From positions 15,831-79,830 of the forward strand of contig JAYWGM010000070.1 in NCBI GenBank assembly GCA_043778225.1: a stretch of DNA of 64,000 nt, given 5' to 3'. The notes beneath the pieces are model-generated. The model saw nothing but the letters and a program-made list of their open reading frames with translations, ran no database searches and was not told the DNA's origin. Below, piece after piece: positions 20,295 through 30,046 of this stretch. Within the stretch, counting starts at the first letter, position 1; each line of letters begins with the position of its first letter. The DNA comes from Deinococcales bacterium. Its GTDB lineage: Bacteria > Deinococcota > Deinococci > Deinococcales > JAAFIG01. Position numbers and translations under genes: made by a program.

Positions 20295-20695
20295 AAGTCT
20301 TGGTGGATACCAATGCCATTTTAGCGTTGCTAAACAGCCAAGACCCAAATCACCAAGCAGCCTTGGGTGTCCTGCCAATTCAATTTTTATTACCAAGCCT
20401 GATTCTCCCCGAAGTGGATTATTTGACATCAACAAGATTAGGGACAACTGTTGCTAAGACATTCCAAAGAGCCATTGTACGCGGTGATTTTGAAATTATA
20501 GACAACACCGCCACCGATTACGCTCGAGCGCTCGAAATTCAAGAGCAGTACCAAGACTTGGCATTAGGACTGGTGGACTCGAGCTTGATGGCAATTGCCG
20601 AACGCCTGCGAAACCGGCGGATATTTACATTTGACCGACGACATTTTTTAGCGGTGAAACCTTGTAACCTCGATTATTTTGAGCTACTGCCTTAA
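20291..20695 (+). CDS. vapC: PIN-domain toxin (VapC family)
   Basis: VLVDTNA, LPEVDY, LGLVDSSL, IFTFDRRHF. Confidence 0.9.
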   Translation: MKVLVDTNAILALLNSQDPNHQAALGVLPIQFLLPSLILPEVDYLTSTRLGTTVAKTFQRAIVRGDFEIIDNTATDYARALEIQEQYQDLALGLVDSSLMAIAERLRNRRIFTFDRRHFLAVKPCNLDYFELLP

Positions 20696-20721
20696 CATTC
20701 AAATCGTTTCAAAATGATCAT

Positions 20722-21606
20722 TTACCCCTCGAGAACCCCACGAATCCGTTCTGGTAAATGCCGCCATTCTTTGGGTGTGATGCTGCTTAATGCTTGCTCA
20801 AGCCGAATCGCTAAGTACGCCTTAGCCGTTAGCTCAAGGTAAAAACGCATTTCGCTGGCGTTCTGGGCTAGAATTTGTAGTGCCAGCGTCTCGAGTTGAC
20901 TTTGCAGGTACTCGAGTGCCAAAAATTTAGCGCAGTTCATCAGGTCGTCTGGCTCGCTGTGCCTTAGTAAAACATCTGGGTTGCGGACAATTTTTGAACT
21001 CCATTGTTGGGTCAAGGGTTGGCGCAAGGTTATTCGGCAATGCGTACACGGTTTATGGTTTTCGGTCAGGGTGCTGCAAATTGGACATGGCACAAAACCA
21101 GCCCGTATCCGCTCGAGTCGCGCTCGAGTCATGGATTCAGCCACAACTTGTAAGGTGCTGCGAAGGCGCTCTGGTGTATTCTCGAGACTCTGGGCAATAC
21201 GTTTTTGTTCGGCAGGTGTTAATTTAATTGGGCGGTGCTTAGTGATTTTACCGATTTTCTCGAGTGCGCCAACCGTAAATTGCAATTGGGTTGGGGCAGC
21301 CGTTCCTAAGACCCCACGCAGTTTCTCGAGATACAACGGGGTGTTGAGGCTAAAGAAACTGGCGGCGGTGTTATCCTGTACCCGAATGACCATGATTGTT
21401 TCTTTGGATTCACGGTTTTTACGCCATTCGATGGCTTTGGTGGTGCGTGCCAACTGATGCCCAACCGCATCATCCCAAGCTGCTAAAAGCCGCGCTTTTT
21501 CAAAACTGCGTTTCCAGCCTTTGCGCTCTACAATTCGGTCAAGCACCCCAGAAATCTGGCGTACACCACCGGCTCTGGAGCGCTGAATAACTTTAGAAGG
21601 CATCAA
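20722..21606 (-). CDS. DUF721/DciA-family protein with C-terminal Zn-finger extension
   Basis: W..AVG..LARTT motif; CPIC...CTHC; coupled to recF. Confidence 0.7.
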   Translation of the reverse strand: MMPSKVIQRSRAGGVRQISGVLDRIVERKGWKRSFEKARLLAAWDDAVGHQLARTTKAIEWRKNRESKETIMVIRVQDNTAASFFSLNTPLYLEKLRGVLGTAAPTQLQFTVGALEKIGKITKHRPIKLTPAEQKRIAQSLENTPERLRSTLQVVAESMTRARLERIRAGFVPCPICSTLTENHKPCTHCRITLRQPLTQQWSSKIVRNPDVLLRHSEPDDLMNCAKFLALEYLQSQLETLALQILAQNASEMRFYLELTAKAYLAIRLEQALSSITPKEWRHLPERIRGVLEG

Positions 21607-22652
21607 ATCACCTCGAGTGCGCCATCTTGGATATGCAAAGACTTGTCGGCTCGTGGTGGGGCTTCTGTGCCGGTCACAATCGCTTGAGGGGCGGCGGCTG
21701 CCATGGTCAGTAAATAATCGCGGCGGCTCGAGTCCAGTTCGGCAGTAAAGTCGTCGATTAGCAATATCGGGGCTTCCTTAAATTTCTCGGAGAGCAGTAT
21801 AAATTCGGCTTGGCGCATCGCCAGCGCAATCGTTCGGGCTTCACCTCGAGAAGCGTAATCGGCAGCTTTTGTACCCGCCAGCCTAATCTCGAGGTCGTCG
21901 CGGTGTGGTCCAATAGCCGTGCTGCCACGGGCGATTTCTTCACGGCGTTTTTCTTTTAAGTGGGTTTGTAAATCATCAAGTCGGGCGGTCTCGAGTAATT
22001 TTAATTCCAGAATTTTATTGTTGCCAGCTAAATTGGTGTGCGATTCCTTGGCGATTTCGGTTAAACGATTCATCGCACGGCGGCGCAAACGCATGATTTC
22101 GCTGGCATACTCGAGCAGTTTTTCATCCCAGACCTCGAGCATCCAATCCTCGACTCGCTCGAGTTTTAAGACCGCATTGCGCTGCTGCACGACCCGTTCG
22201 TACTGCCCTAACAACTGCCCGTAACGCGGCGACACCCTCGAGACCAGCGCATCCAAAAAGCCACGCCGCAGCCCTGGATTGCCATGAATCAAATCAGCAT
22301 CTTCGGGGCGAATTAAAACCGCACTGGCATGACGTGCCAATTCTGCCACCCGCACCGTCACACCATCCACTTTGGCACGTTTTTTGCCGGGCGCAAGTCC
22401 AACCTCGAGTTTAGAAATACCATCCTGACGCTCAATTTCTGCGCCAACAAATGCCTCTTTTTCGCTCAGTTGTACCACGGTCTCGAGTTTAGAAACTTCT
22501 AGCACACCTGTTAGGCACAAAAAAATCGCCTCGAGTAAATTGGATTTTCCCATGCCGTTGCCCCCCACAATGGCAGTAATACCGGGCTTAAACTCGAGTT
22601 TACCCGCCTTTAAGTTACGGAAATTGAGGGTCGAAAGCGAACGGAGTAACAC
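21603..22652 (-). CDS. recF: DNA replication/repair protein RecF
   Basis: NFRN, GGNGMGKSNLLEA, GPHRDDL, SRGE, LLIDD. Confidence 0.95.
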   Translation of the reverse strand: MLLRSLSTLNFRNLKAGKLEFKPGITAIVGGNGMGKSNLLEAIFLCLTGVLEVSKLETVVQLSEKEAFVGAEIERQDGISKLEVGLAPGKKRAKVDGVTVRVAELARHASAVLIRPEDADLIHGNPGLRRGFLDALVSRVSPRYGQLLGQYERVVQQRNAVLKLERVEDWMLEVWDEKLLEYASEIMRLRRRAMNRLTEIAKESHTNLAGNNKILELKLLETARLDDLQTHLKEKRREEIARGSTAIGPHRDDLEIRLAGTKAADYASRGEARTIALAMRQAEFILLSEKFKEAPILLIDDFTAELDSSRRDYLLTMAAAAPQAIVTGTEAPPRADKSLHIQDGALEVI

Positions 22653-22775
22653 GACAACAGTTTACAGGCTTTGAGTCCTGCGAAGCCACAAAGCGCCAGT
22701 CACAATTTTGGAGAGATAAGTCACAAGACCCAAATAAATTAAACTAAAATCTCCACTTCGTCTGTTATAGACCCA

Positions 22776-23150
22776 CTATTTTCTTAATAAATCGCGGATT
22801 TCAGCCAATAAGGCTTGGTCTGGAGTCGGTCCAGTTGGCGCGACCACGGCTGGCTTTCGCATTTTTTCCATTGGCACAACCACAAAAAAGTAAACGGCGG
22901 CTGCCACCATCATAAAGCTAATGATTGAATTGATGAATTTTCCAATCATGATTCCACCTTTTCCGTCTGCTCCCGCTCCAAGCACCATACTCGAGAAGTC
23001 TGGCGCACCAAACAACATCCCGATAAGCGGCGTAAAAACATCGGCAACCAAAGAAGCCGTAACCGCTCCAAATGCCCCACCGATAATCACACCAACAGCT
23101 AAATCAACCACATTGCCACGCATCAAAAAATTCTTAAAACCTTCAATCAT
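22776..23150 (-). CDS. mscL: Large-conductance mechanosensitive channel
   Basis: FLMRGNVVDLAVGVIIG, LLAEIRDLL. Confidence 0.97.
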   Translation of the reverse strand: MIEGFKNFLMRGNVVDLAVGVIIGGAFGAVTASLVADVFTPLIGMLFGAPDFSSMVLGAGADGKGGIMIGKFINSIISFMMVAAAVYFFVVVPMEKMRKPAVVAPTGPTPDQALLAEIRDLLRK

Positions 23151-23234
23151 GAGTTTACTCCCTTTCGTACAAAAAGATTGTAAACAGTTCTAAGCCTAAA
23201 ATAAACTGTGCTAAAGTTTAGCTTAAATTACAGT

Positions 23235-24602
23235 TTAAGCGCGGCGCTCTTTTTGGGCATGAGCGCTATAACCAAACTGTGGCAGACTGCTTTGGGCATT
23301 CTCGAGAATCACACGGGCAAGTTCGCCTAAGTTTTTACCACCCGCCCGAACATCCATTTTTAAGTTCTGCCGTAAATCGCTCAGGCTGACATCATCGAGC
23401 ATCAGTTCTGTGCCATAGCGCAGGGTACTTGGACTGACCAGCAGCAAATCGGCTTCGGCTGGCAGCACATTCTCGAGAAAACAGCGCCCCGTCAGTAAGC
23501 CAGAAACAGTCGTGACTGTACCAAAGGTCTTATTTTCTAAAGCCCGCACCTCGAGATGCAGACCACGAATTTGGCGCAGAGGCTCGAGGGCTAAATCAAG
23601 GATTGGCGCGAACAATTTACCTGTGCCAAGAATCACTTTTGTACCGGGAACAGCTTTAGGCAGAGGTGGTAATGAGCCGCTTAAAAAGTCGCGCACCATG
23701 CCAACTCCGTTCTCGAGCATCGGATACCCTTCGTAGGCTTCCTCGGGCGGCAATGGTATACCCGCCAAAATATAGAATTCGTCGGACGGAAAAATAAAGC
23801 GTGTGCCACGTTCAGCAAGCATTTTCTTTTGCCATTTGTGGGCAATGTGCAACACGGCGGCAGCTTCTTGTTGGTTAAATGGGCGCAGTTCGGGCAGATT
23901 GCGGCGGTGGTCGGTTAAACCAAGCGGCACACAGGCGACTGATAAAACGTTGGGTAAACTGCTCAGGTAGGTTAAACTGTCCTCGAGATGCACCCCATCG
24001 TTGCGATTGGGTAGCAGCACCAACTGGGTGTACAAATCTATAGACTCGAGCCGCTTTAAGGTTTCTTGAATTTTGGTGCTTTCGGGGTCTTTGACCTTTA
24101 AGCGCCACCATTTCATCATATCGGCACGCAAGGCTTGGTCGGTGCTGTGAACACTGACATAAAGCGGCGAAAGATTCTCGGACAAAATACGATCAAAATC
24201 TTCTTCGGCTAAATTGGTCAGGGTCACAAACGAGCCATACAAAAACGACAAACGGTAATCGTCGTCCATCACATAAAGGCTTTTGCGAAAACCCTTGGGC
24301 ATCTGATGGACATAGCAAAATTCGCATTTGTTGGCACAAATTTTTATGCCGTCAAACAAAACCTCGCTAAACTCGAGACCGGGGTCTTCCCAAGAAACCG
24401 CAAAATGTAGGCTTGAGCCATCAATGCGTTGCACTTCGAGGGTCACATCGCCAACCTCAAGTTCACGGCGGTAGGCTAAAATATCGGTGATGGCTTTGTT
24501 GTTGACCCGCAGCAAAGAATCGCCCGCTTGGACACCAGCTTTAGCGGCGGCGGAATCAGCTTGCACCCTCGAGACCAAGGCAGGATGGAGTGTGGACATC
24601 AT
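23235..24602 (-). CDS. PDZ + radical-SAM-like DUF512 protein
   Basis: CANKCEFCYVHQMPKG, DDDYRLSFLYG, LENGVG. Confidence 0.85.
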   Translation of the reverse strand: MMSTLHPALVSRVQADSAAAKAGVQAGDSLLRVNNKAITDILAYRRELEVGDVTLEVQRIDGSSLHFAVSWEDPGLEFSEVLFDGIKICANKCEFCYVHQMPKGFRKSLYVMDDDYRLSFLYGSFVTLTNLAEEDFDRILSENLSPLYVSVHSTDQALRADMMKWWRLKVKDPESTKIQETLKRLESIDLYTQLVLLPNRNDGVHLEDSLTYLSSLPNVLSVACVPLGLTDHRRNLPELRPFNQQEAAAVLHIAHKWQKKMLAERGTRFIFPSDEFYILAGIPLPPEEAYEGYPMLENGVGMVRDFLSGSLPPLPKAVPGTKVILGTGKLFAPILDLALEPLRQIRGLHLEVRALENKTFGTVTTVSGLLTGRCFLENVLPAEADLLLVSPSTLRYGTELMLDDVSLSDLRQNLKMDVRAGGKNLGELARVILENAQSSLPQFGYSAHAQKERRA

Positions 24603-24642
24603 GGCTGTACTGTACTTCATTAACTCGAGTATGCTCTAGGGC

Positions 24643-25746
24643 ATGAAATTGGCTGGTCAAATCCTGACCCCTCGAGGTTGGCACAGTGGCGAACTCGAAT
24701 TTGGTTCGCAAATTCTGGGCATTCGTTCAAAATTAAGTGCCCCCAACCGTTTTATCGCGCCTGGCTTTATCGATGTTCATGTCCATGGCGGTGGCGGTGG
24801 CGACACCATGGATGGACTCGAGGGCATCAAAACCCTAGCTGAGTTTCATGCCCAGCATGGCACAACGGCGCTTTTAGCCACGACCATCACCAACCCTTGG
24901 AAAAAAATTATCAGCGCCCTCAAAAACATTCAAAAAGCCATGAAATTAACAACAGGCGCAAGAATTCTTGGAGCGCACCTCGAAGGACCGTTTGTTTCGC
25001 CGCATAAACTTGGCGCACAACCGCCGTTTACGCTCGAGCCAACGCCAGACCGGGTGCAAAAAATTCTCGAGTTGGGCGTGGTCAAAGTCGTGACTCTCGC
25101 CCCAGAAATACCTTCGGCGCTGCAAGCTGCCCAGATGTTTCTCGAGAACAATGTGCGGGTTAGCCTTGGACACACCATCGGTACTGCCGAAGATGCCAAC
25201 ATTATTTTTGCACTTGCCAGCTGCTTAACCCGAGCCTCTCAAGTCAGCGGCACACATCTTTACAATGCCATGGGCGGACTTGAGGGACGCAACCCCGGCG
25301 TACTTGGAGCGCTCTTGGCAAACCCCAATGCCTATGGCGAACTGATTCTGGATTTTCAGCACGTCCATGCCTCGAGTTTTCGGGCGGCTTTTTTTGCCAA
25401 ACCCGAAAAACTGATGCTGATTACTGACGCGATGCGTGCCGCCGGAATGCCAAATGGTCTGTACGACCTTGGCGGGCAAATGGCAACCCTCAAAGATGGC
25501 GCAGTCACCCTACCCGATGGCACATTGGCGGGCAGTGTTTTAACGATGCTCGGAGCGGTTCAAAATGCAGTCAAAGCTGGACTGGCGCTCGAAGTCGCCT
25601 TAAAACTCGCCTCGAGCCACCCAGCCCAGTACCTAGGACTGACCGACTGTGGCAAAATAAGCAAAAACGCTCGAGCCGATTTGGTGGTGCTGCGCTCAGA
25701 CCTGAGTCTCGAGGCAGTCTACATTGGCGGACAAAGGCAAGGTTAA
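24643..25746 (+). CDS. nagA: N-acetylglucosamine-6-phosphate deacetylase
   Basis: PGFIDVHVHG, HLEGPF, THLYNAM, ITDAM, LAGS. Confidence 0.93.
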   Translation: MKLAGQILTPRGWHSGELEFGSQILGIRSKLSAPNRFIAPGFIDVHVHGGGGGDTMDGLEGIKTLAEFHAQHGTTALLATTITNPWKKIISALKNIQKAMKLTTGARILGAHLEGPFVSPHKLGAQPPFTLEPTPDRVQKILELGVVKVVTLAPEIPSALQAAQMFLENNVRVSLGHTIGTAEDANIIFALASCLTRASQVSGTHLYNAMGGLEGRNPGVLGALLANPNAYGELILDFQHVHASSFRAAFFAKPEKLMLITDAMRAAGMPNGLYDLGGQMATLKDGAVTLPDGTLAGSVLTMLGAVQNAVKAGLALEVALKLASSHPAQYLGLTDCGKISKNARADLVVLRSDLSLEAVYIGGQRQG

Positions 25747-25774
25747 AAGTTTTGACCCTTTTAACCTTTTGACC
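25734..25774. repeat. Short 8-nt-period inverted repeat (AAAAGGTN family)
   Basis: AAGGTTAAAAG...TTTGACCCTTTTAACCTTTTGACC; related copy at 54560-54639. Confidence 0.6.
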
Positions 25775-25780
25775 TAGCTT

Positions 25781-26092
25781 TCACTCGTGATTGATGTGCA
25801 TTAGCCAAGTTCCAATCGCAAAACTCACGGCGGCTGTTCCTAGTTTCCAGAGCATCGCTTCGGCTGTTAATTCTTTGCCGGGAAAAAAAGAATCGGCTGT
25901 CCAGTAGACAAAAAAAGCAAATGTGCCATTGCCAATCAGCCAGCCAGCTAGGCGCTTTGGGTCAGATGGAATGTTTAAGAAAGCAATTTTTTTAGCGTCA
26001 GACGGTTGCATGAGCATCAGCATAGCGGCAGGCGGAGGGACATTCAATATCTCGAGAGAATTTGAGTTGGCTTTGGGCAGACTCGAGTCCAA
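25781..26092 (-). CDS. Hypothetical small membrane protein
   Basis: 103 aa ORF with two hydrophobic segments filling an intergenic gap. Confidence 0.5.
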   Translation of the reverse strand: MDSSLPKANSNSLEILNVPPPAAMLMLMQPSDAKKIAFLNIPSDPKRLAGWLIGNGTFAFFVYWTADSFFPGKELTAEAMLWKLGTAAVSFAIGTWLMHINHE

Positions 26093-26241
26093 AACCGCAA
26101 TTTAGAACGTTTCCAACAGTAAAAATTAGGCATCAAAAATTATAAACGACTTGACCGACACAAGTTTTTGCGGATTTCAAGATTTTAAGGCTCGAGGACG
26201 ACTTGCAACGCTTGTGAAAATCGTGTGCTATGATTCTACAG

Positions 26242-27834
26242 ATGCGATTCAATTCTTTGCGCCTTCTTGTAGCGGTTCTTGGCGTTGCTGCGCTGCCCAG
26301 CGCATTGGCGCAAACTGCCTCGTCTTCTTCTGGTTGCGGCGACGTGAGGGCTTTACAAGCCTCGCTAACGTCAAGTCCGCAAAGTGTATCAGCCTTGGTC
26401 AAACTTGGCGAAGCCCAGTTGTGTCTGGGGCGAACGCAAAAGTCTCGAGCTTTTTTGGTGGCTGCCCGCGATAACCTCGAGTCGGCTTCAAATATAGATG
26501 GTAAAAACTTTGAAGCCCGTTTTTTATTGGGGCAAGCCTATTACGAACTTGGCGATTTTGATGCAGCCATCCTCGAGTTTACCCAACTGACCAAACTTTT
26601 CCCAGACCGCGCCGATGCGTTTTACCAACTGGGTGTGGTTCATGCCCGAATCCGTAAAACCGATGATGCGATTGCTGCCTTTAATAATGCTGCCCAACTT
26701 GCAAAAAGTGGTCGGCTCGAGATTGCTTTTCAGCGCGATGTCAATGTTGCGCTGGCGGGGCAACTTTTAGCCAAACGCGATTATGCCAGTGCTGCCGCCG
26801 CTTTTAAGGCAGCCCAAGAATTTGCCCCAAATGAAATCGACTTGCAGGTCAGCGAAGCCCAAGCCTGGTTTGATGCGGGTCGCAACACCGAAGCCCTTGA
26901 AGTGGTCAATCGGGTCTTGGCAAAAAACCGTGGCAACATTGGAGCGGCTTGGCTGATTGCCAGCATCTACGAAAAAGAAAAACAACTCGACCGAGCAGTG
27001 CGCGAACTCAATCGTTCCTTGGCGGTGGTGACTGCACCAAAAGACCGCGCTGTTTTGCTGCTCAAACGCGGTTTGGTCGAAAGTACCCAAGGCAGAGCCG
27101 ATGCCTCGCTCGAGACCTTGCGCCAAGCGGTCAGTAACGATGGCACACTTTTCGAGGCTCGCTATGCTTACGGCTCAGCTTTGCTCTCGAGCAGCAAGCC
27201 TAACGCTCGAGCCGCTTACAGCCAATTTATCGAAGCCAATAAATTGCGGGCTGGCGATGGTGAAGTCCAACTTGGGCTTGCCAATGCCCAAAGCCAACTG
27301 GGCAACCATGTCTCTGCCTATCAGAATGCCCAAGCTGCGATTCGTCTGTTAGCCACCGACCCTTCCCGAGTTGCTGCCGCCCGTTATGTGGCGGGACGCA
27401 GTGCCTACTTGGCTGGCTTAACGGCTTCGGCAGCCAAAGCTGATTTATTGCGTAAAGCCACAATCGAATTCCGAGCTTTGGTGGCTCAAGATGCAAGCAG
27501 TGCCGAGTACAGGTATTGGTTGGGTCTGACCTTGCTGCAACGTAAAGACTACACGCCAGCCATTGAAAGCCTGATTGAAGCCGTCAAACTTGCGCCCAAC
27601 GACCTCGAGATTCGGATTGCCTTGAGTGCTGCTTATATTGGTGCAAAGCGCTTCTCGGATGCTGAAACTGTGGCTCGAGCCGTGGTCAAAGCTGCGCCGA
27701 ACAATGCCGATGCGTGGTTTAACTTAGGTTTGGCGCTGCTCAACCAAGGACGTGCCGCCGAAGGCAAAAAAGCTGTTCAGAGCGCTGCCAAACTTGGCAA
27801 TCAAGCTGCCCAAAATTTACTCAAGAAACTCTAG
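26242..27834 (+). CDS. Secreted tetratricopeptide-repeat protein
   Basis: Signal peptide, many A..LG..Y/P TPR motifs; TATGAT 7 nt before ATG 26242. Confidence 0.85.
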   Translation: MRFNSLRLLVAVLGVAALPSALAQTASSSSGCGDVRALQASLTSSPQSVSALVKLGEAQLCLGRTQKSRAFLVAARDNLESASNIDGKNFEARFLLGQAYYELGDFDAAILEFTQLTKLFPDRADAFYQLGVVHARIRKTDDAIAAFNNAAQLAKSGRLEIAFQRDVNVALAGQLLAKRDYASAAAAFKAAQEFAPNEIDLQVSEAQAWFDAGRNTEALEVVNRVLAKNRGNIGAAWLIASIYEKEKQLDRAVRELNRSLAVVTAPKDRAVLLLKRGLVESTQGRADASLETLRQAVSNDGTLFEARYAYGSALLSSSKPNARAAYSQFIEANKLRAGDGEVQLGLANAQSQLGNHVSAYQNAQAAIRLLATDPSRVAAARYVAGRSAYLAGLTASAAKADLLRKATIEFRALVAQDASSAEYRYWLGLTLLQRKDYTPAIESLIEAVKLAPNDLEIRIALSAAYIGAKRFSDAETVARAVVKAAPNNADAWFNLGLALLNQGRAAEGKKAVQSAAKLGNQAAQNLLKKL

Positions 27835-27841
27835 GCTATAT

Positions 27842-28849
27842 ATGGACTGGTTAAAACGCAACTGGGTGGATGTGCTGATGGCAGGATTAATCCTTGCTGT
27901 CGTCGGTGGTTTTCTCACCCTTTTGTTGCGCGGTGGTGTTTTTGTCAATAATTCCCAACCTGTAGATAGCACCACGACCCTAACCACTGTTCCAGCCCCA
28001 ACAGGGACACCCAGTACCCCCACGTCGAGTACGCCAAGCTCGAGTACCTCAAAACCAGTTGTATCGCCTAAGCCCACAACTCCGCTCGATGTTCCAGATA
28101 TTCCAGAAGCCCCTGCGACCATACCGTCGGCTACTGGTACAAGTGGTTCAACTTCAAATGCAAGCGGTTCAAACATAGGCAACTCAAGCACAGGAACGAC
28201 CAACTCGAGTAGCACGACCACACCAACTCGTCCAACAGCAGCGATTGCCACAGCCCCCAGTCTTGGCAGCCAAAAAACAACTCCAGAAGCCACCAAGCCA
28301 CCAAGCACCAAAGGCAGTTATGCCCGTGCCGATTTTCTACGTAATTATCGTGTGGCGGCTGGCTCATACTCGAGTCTTGAGCGAGCTAAAAAAGCGGTGA
28401 CCCAATTGCGCGGTCGTGGCTTGCCCGCTCAAACCTTCCCAAGTGGGAATTCCCATGTGGTGGTGGTTGGACCTTATGCCCGCGAAGCCTCGGCGCGGTC
28501 AGCTTTGAAGCAAGTGCGTCAATCGTTTCCAGACGCTATTTTGTATCGCCCAGATGGAACTCGAGAAGCCTCTGCCCGAGTGGTTGCGCCGCAAACTCCT
28601 GCGGGTGGTGCGGGTACACCAGCCACACTGACGGCTGATACGAGCTACTTACAAGTTGGAGCTTTTAAGGATGTCAAAGGAGCAACTGCCTTGCTCGAGA
28701 AATTGCAAAATGCTGGTTTCAAGCCACTCACCAAAAACATCAGTGGTTTACTGCGAGTTCTGGTCGGTCCACTCAGCAGCAGCCAATTAGAAACCACCCG
28801 CACCGACCTCAAGAATTCTGGCTTTGAAGCCTTTGCGGTTAATTTATGA
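27842..28849 (+). CDS. SPOR-domain cell-division protein
   Basis: N-terminal TM, T/S/P-rich linker, two SPOR motifs (YRVAAGSY...VVGPY; YLQVGAF...VLVGP). Confidence 0.85.
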   Translation: MDWLKRNWVDVLMAGLILAVVGGFLTLLLRGGVFVNNSQPVDSTTTLTTVPAPTGTPSTPTSSTPSSSTSKPVVSPKPTTPLDVPDIPEAPATIPSATGTSGSTSNASGSNIGNSSTGTTNSSSTTTPTRPTAAIATAPSLGSQKTTPEATKPPSTKGSYARADFLRNYRVAAGSYSSLERAKKAVTQLRGRGLPAQTFPSGNSHVVVVGPYAREASARSALKQVRQSFPDAILYRPDGTREASARVVAPQTPAGGAGTPATLTADTSYLQVGAFKDVKGATALLEKLQNAGFKPLTKNISGLLRVLVGPLSSSQLETTRTDLKNSGFEAFAVNL

Positions 28850-29520
28850 GCCAAAAACCCCCTCTGAGCATTCCCAATGCCACCATCTCGAGGATGGTCA
28901 CCTATTTACGCATCCTCACGACCCTCGAAAAAGATGGAATCAATCGTACCTCGAGCGAACTGCTTGCCGAACAAGCTCAAGTCTCGGCATTTCAAGTCCG
29001 CAAAGACCTTGCTTATTTTGGACGTTTTGGCACACGAGGTATGGGCTATACAGTCTTAACCTTACGCCGAGAATTACAACGAATTCTTGGTTTGAATCGG
29101 CGTTGGAGTTGCGTCATTATCGGTATGGGTCGTTTAGGACAAGCCCTCGCAGATTACCCCGGTTATATGGAGTCGAACCTGTATGAATTCGAGTTAAAAG
29201 GACTATTCGACATTGACCCCCACAAGGTGGGGATGCAATTGCGTGGCATCAGTGTGCAACATATCAGTGAACTCGAGCAGTGCGTCCGTAGCCACGGCGT
29301 GGACATGGGATTTATCACTGTTCCAGTTGAAAAAGCTCAGGACGCTGCCGATGCGCTTGTCAAAGCTGGAGTTCGTGGTATTCTCAACTTCGCACCGACT
29401 GTACTCGAGGTTTCCGAAGAAATCGCCGTCGAGCAAGTGGATTTTATGGCTGGTATGAAACGATTGGCATTTTATATCCTAAACCCGCACCTCAAAGCCC
29501 TTTCTGATCAGGAGGAATAA
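28846..29520 (+). CDS. rex: Redox-sensing transcriptional repressor Rex
   Basis: IP.ATISR..YLR, QVRKDLAYFG.FGTRG.GY, IIGMGRLG, ILNFAP. Confidence 0.95.
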   Translation: MSQKPPLSIPNATISRMVTYLRILTTLEKDGINRTSSELLAEQAQVSAFQVRKDLAYFGRFGTRGMGYTVLTLRRELQRILGLNRRWSCVIIGMGRLGQALADYPGYMESNLYEFELKGLFDIDPHKVGMQLRGISVQHISELEQCVRSHGVDMGFITVPVEKAQDAADALVKAGVRGILNFAPTVLEVSEEIAVEQVDFMAGMKRLAFYILNPHLKALSDQEE

Positions 29521-29524
29521 ATAG

Positions 29525-29983
29525 ATGAAAAAGATTTTAGCTGTTTTAATGTTGGTTGTACCGATGGCTTTGACCGCTTGTAACAACGACCTTGGTAATT
29601 ATGTGGTTGGCGTACCAACCGTTTTTCCAACCTTTACGAAAGCCAGTGGTACTTACAATCCTTTGACAAACCAGACAACTGGTGCCTATCAAGTTTCTTT
29701 CAAGGTTGCACCTGGCTCCCCAGGCGGTGTTGTTCAAGCATTTACTGCCGCCGATGGTACGTTATTACCCTTGGGGGTGTCTGTTCCAAGTTGCTCAGTT
29801 ATGCTTGGCAGTGTTCCTCGAGTAGACCCCTGTGATGGGGCTGCCAGTGGTGATATTGGCTTTAGCGCTCCAGGTAGTATTGAAACACTACGGATAAAAG
29901 GCATCAAGGTACAAGGCTTTAATGGTTTGTCCAAGGATATTGTTTGGTCTGGACAAATACCTCTTGTTCCAATGAATCCGTAA
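29525..29983 (+). CDS. Hypothetical lipoprotein
   Basis: RBS AGGAGG, lipobox LTAC. Confidence 0.65.
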   Translation: MKKILAVLMLVVPMALTACNNDLGNYVVGVPTVFPTFTKASGTYNPLTNQTTGAYQVSFKVAPGSPGGVVQAFTAADGTLLPLGVSVPSCSVMLGSVPRVDPCDGAASGDIGFSAPGSIETLRIKGIKVQGFNGLSKDIVWSGQIPLVPMNP

Positions 29984-30002
29984 TAAATATCTTCTAACTA
30001 TA

Positions 30003-30038
30003 GAGGAGGGGTCTTTGCGATGAATGAGACCCCTTCTC
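30003..30038. terminator. Probable terminator between convergent lipoprotein genes
   Basis: GAGGAGGGGTCT...AGACCCCTTCTC hairpin. Confidence 0.55.
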
Positions 30039-30046
30039 TTAGTTAC

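Noticed and set aside
26212..26229. Rex operator upstream of the TPR-SPOR-rex genes
   Set aside because: Only the left half-site TTGTGAA is present; no TTCACAA half
27960..28310. DNA repeat or antisense gene in the SPOR linker
   Set aside because: Low-complexity Thr/Ser/Pro linker; ORF 27817-28311 (-) is its antisense shadow
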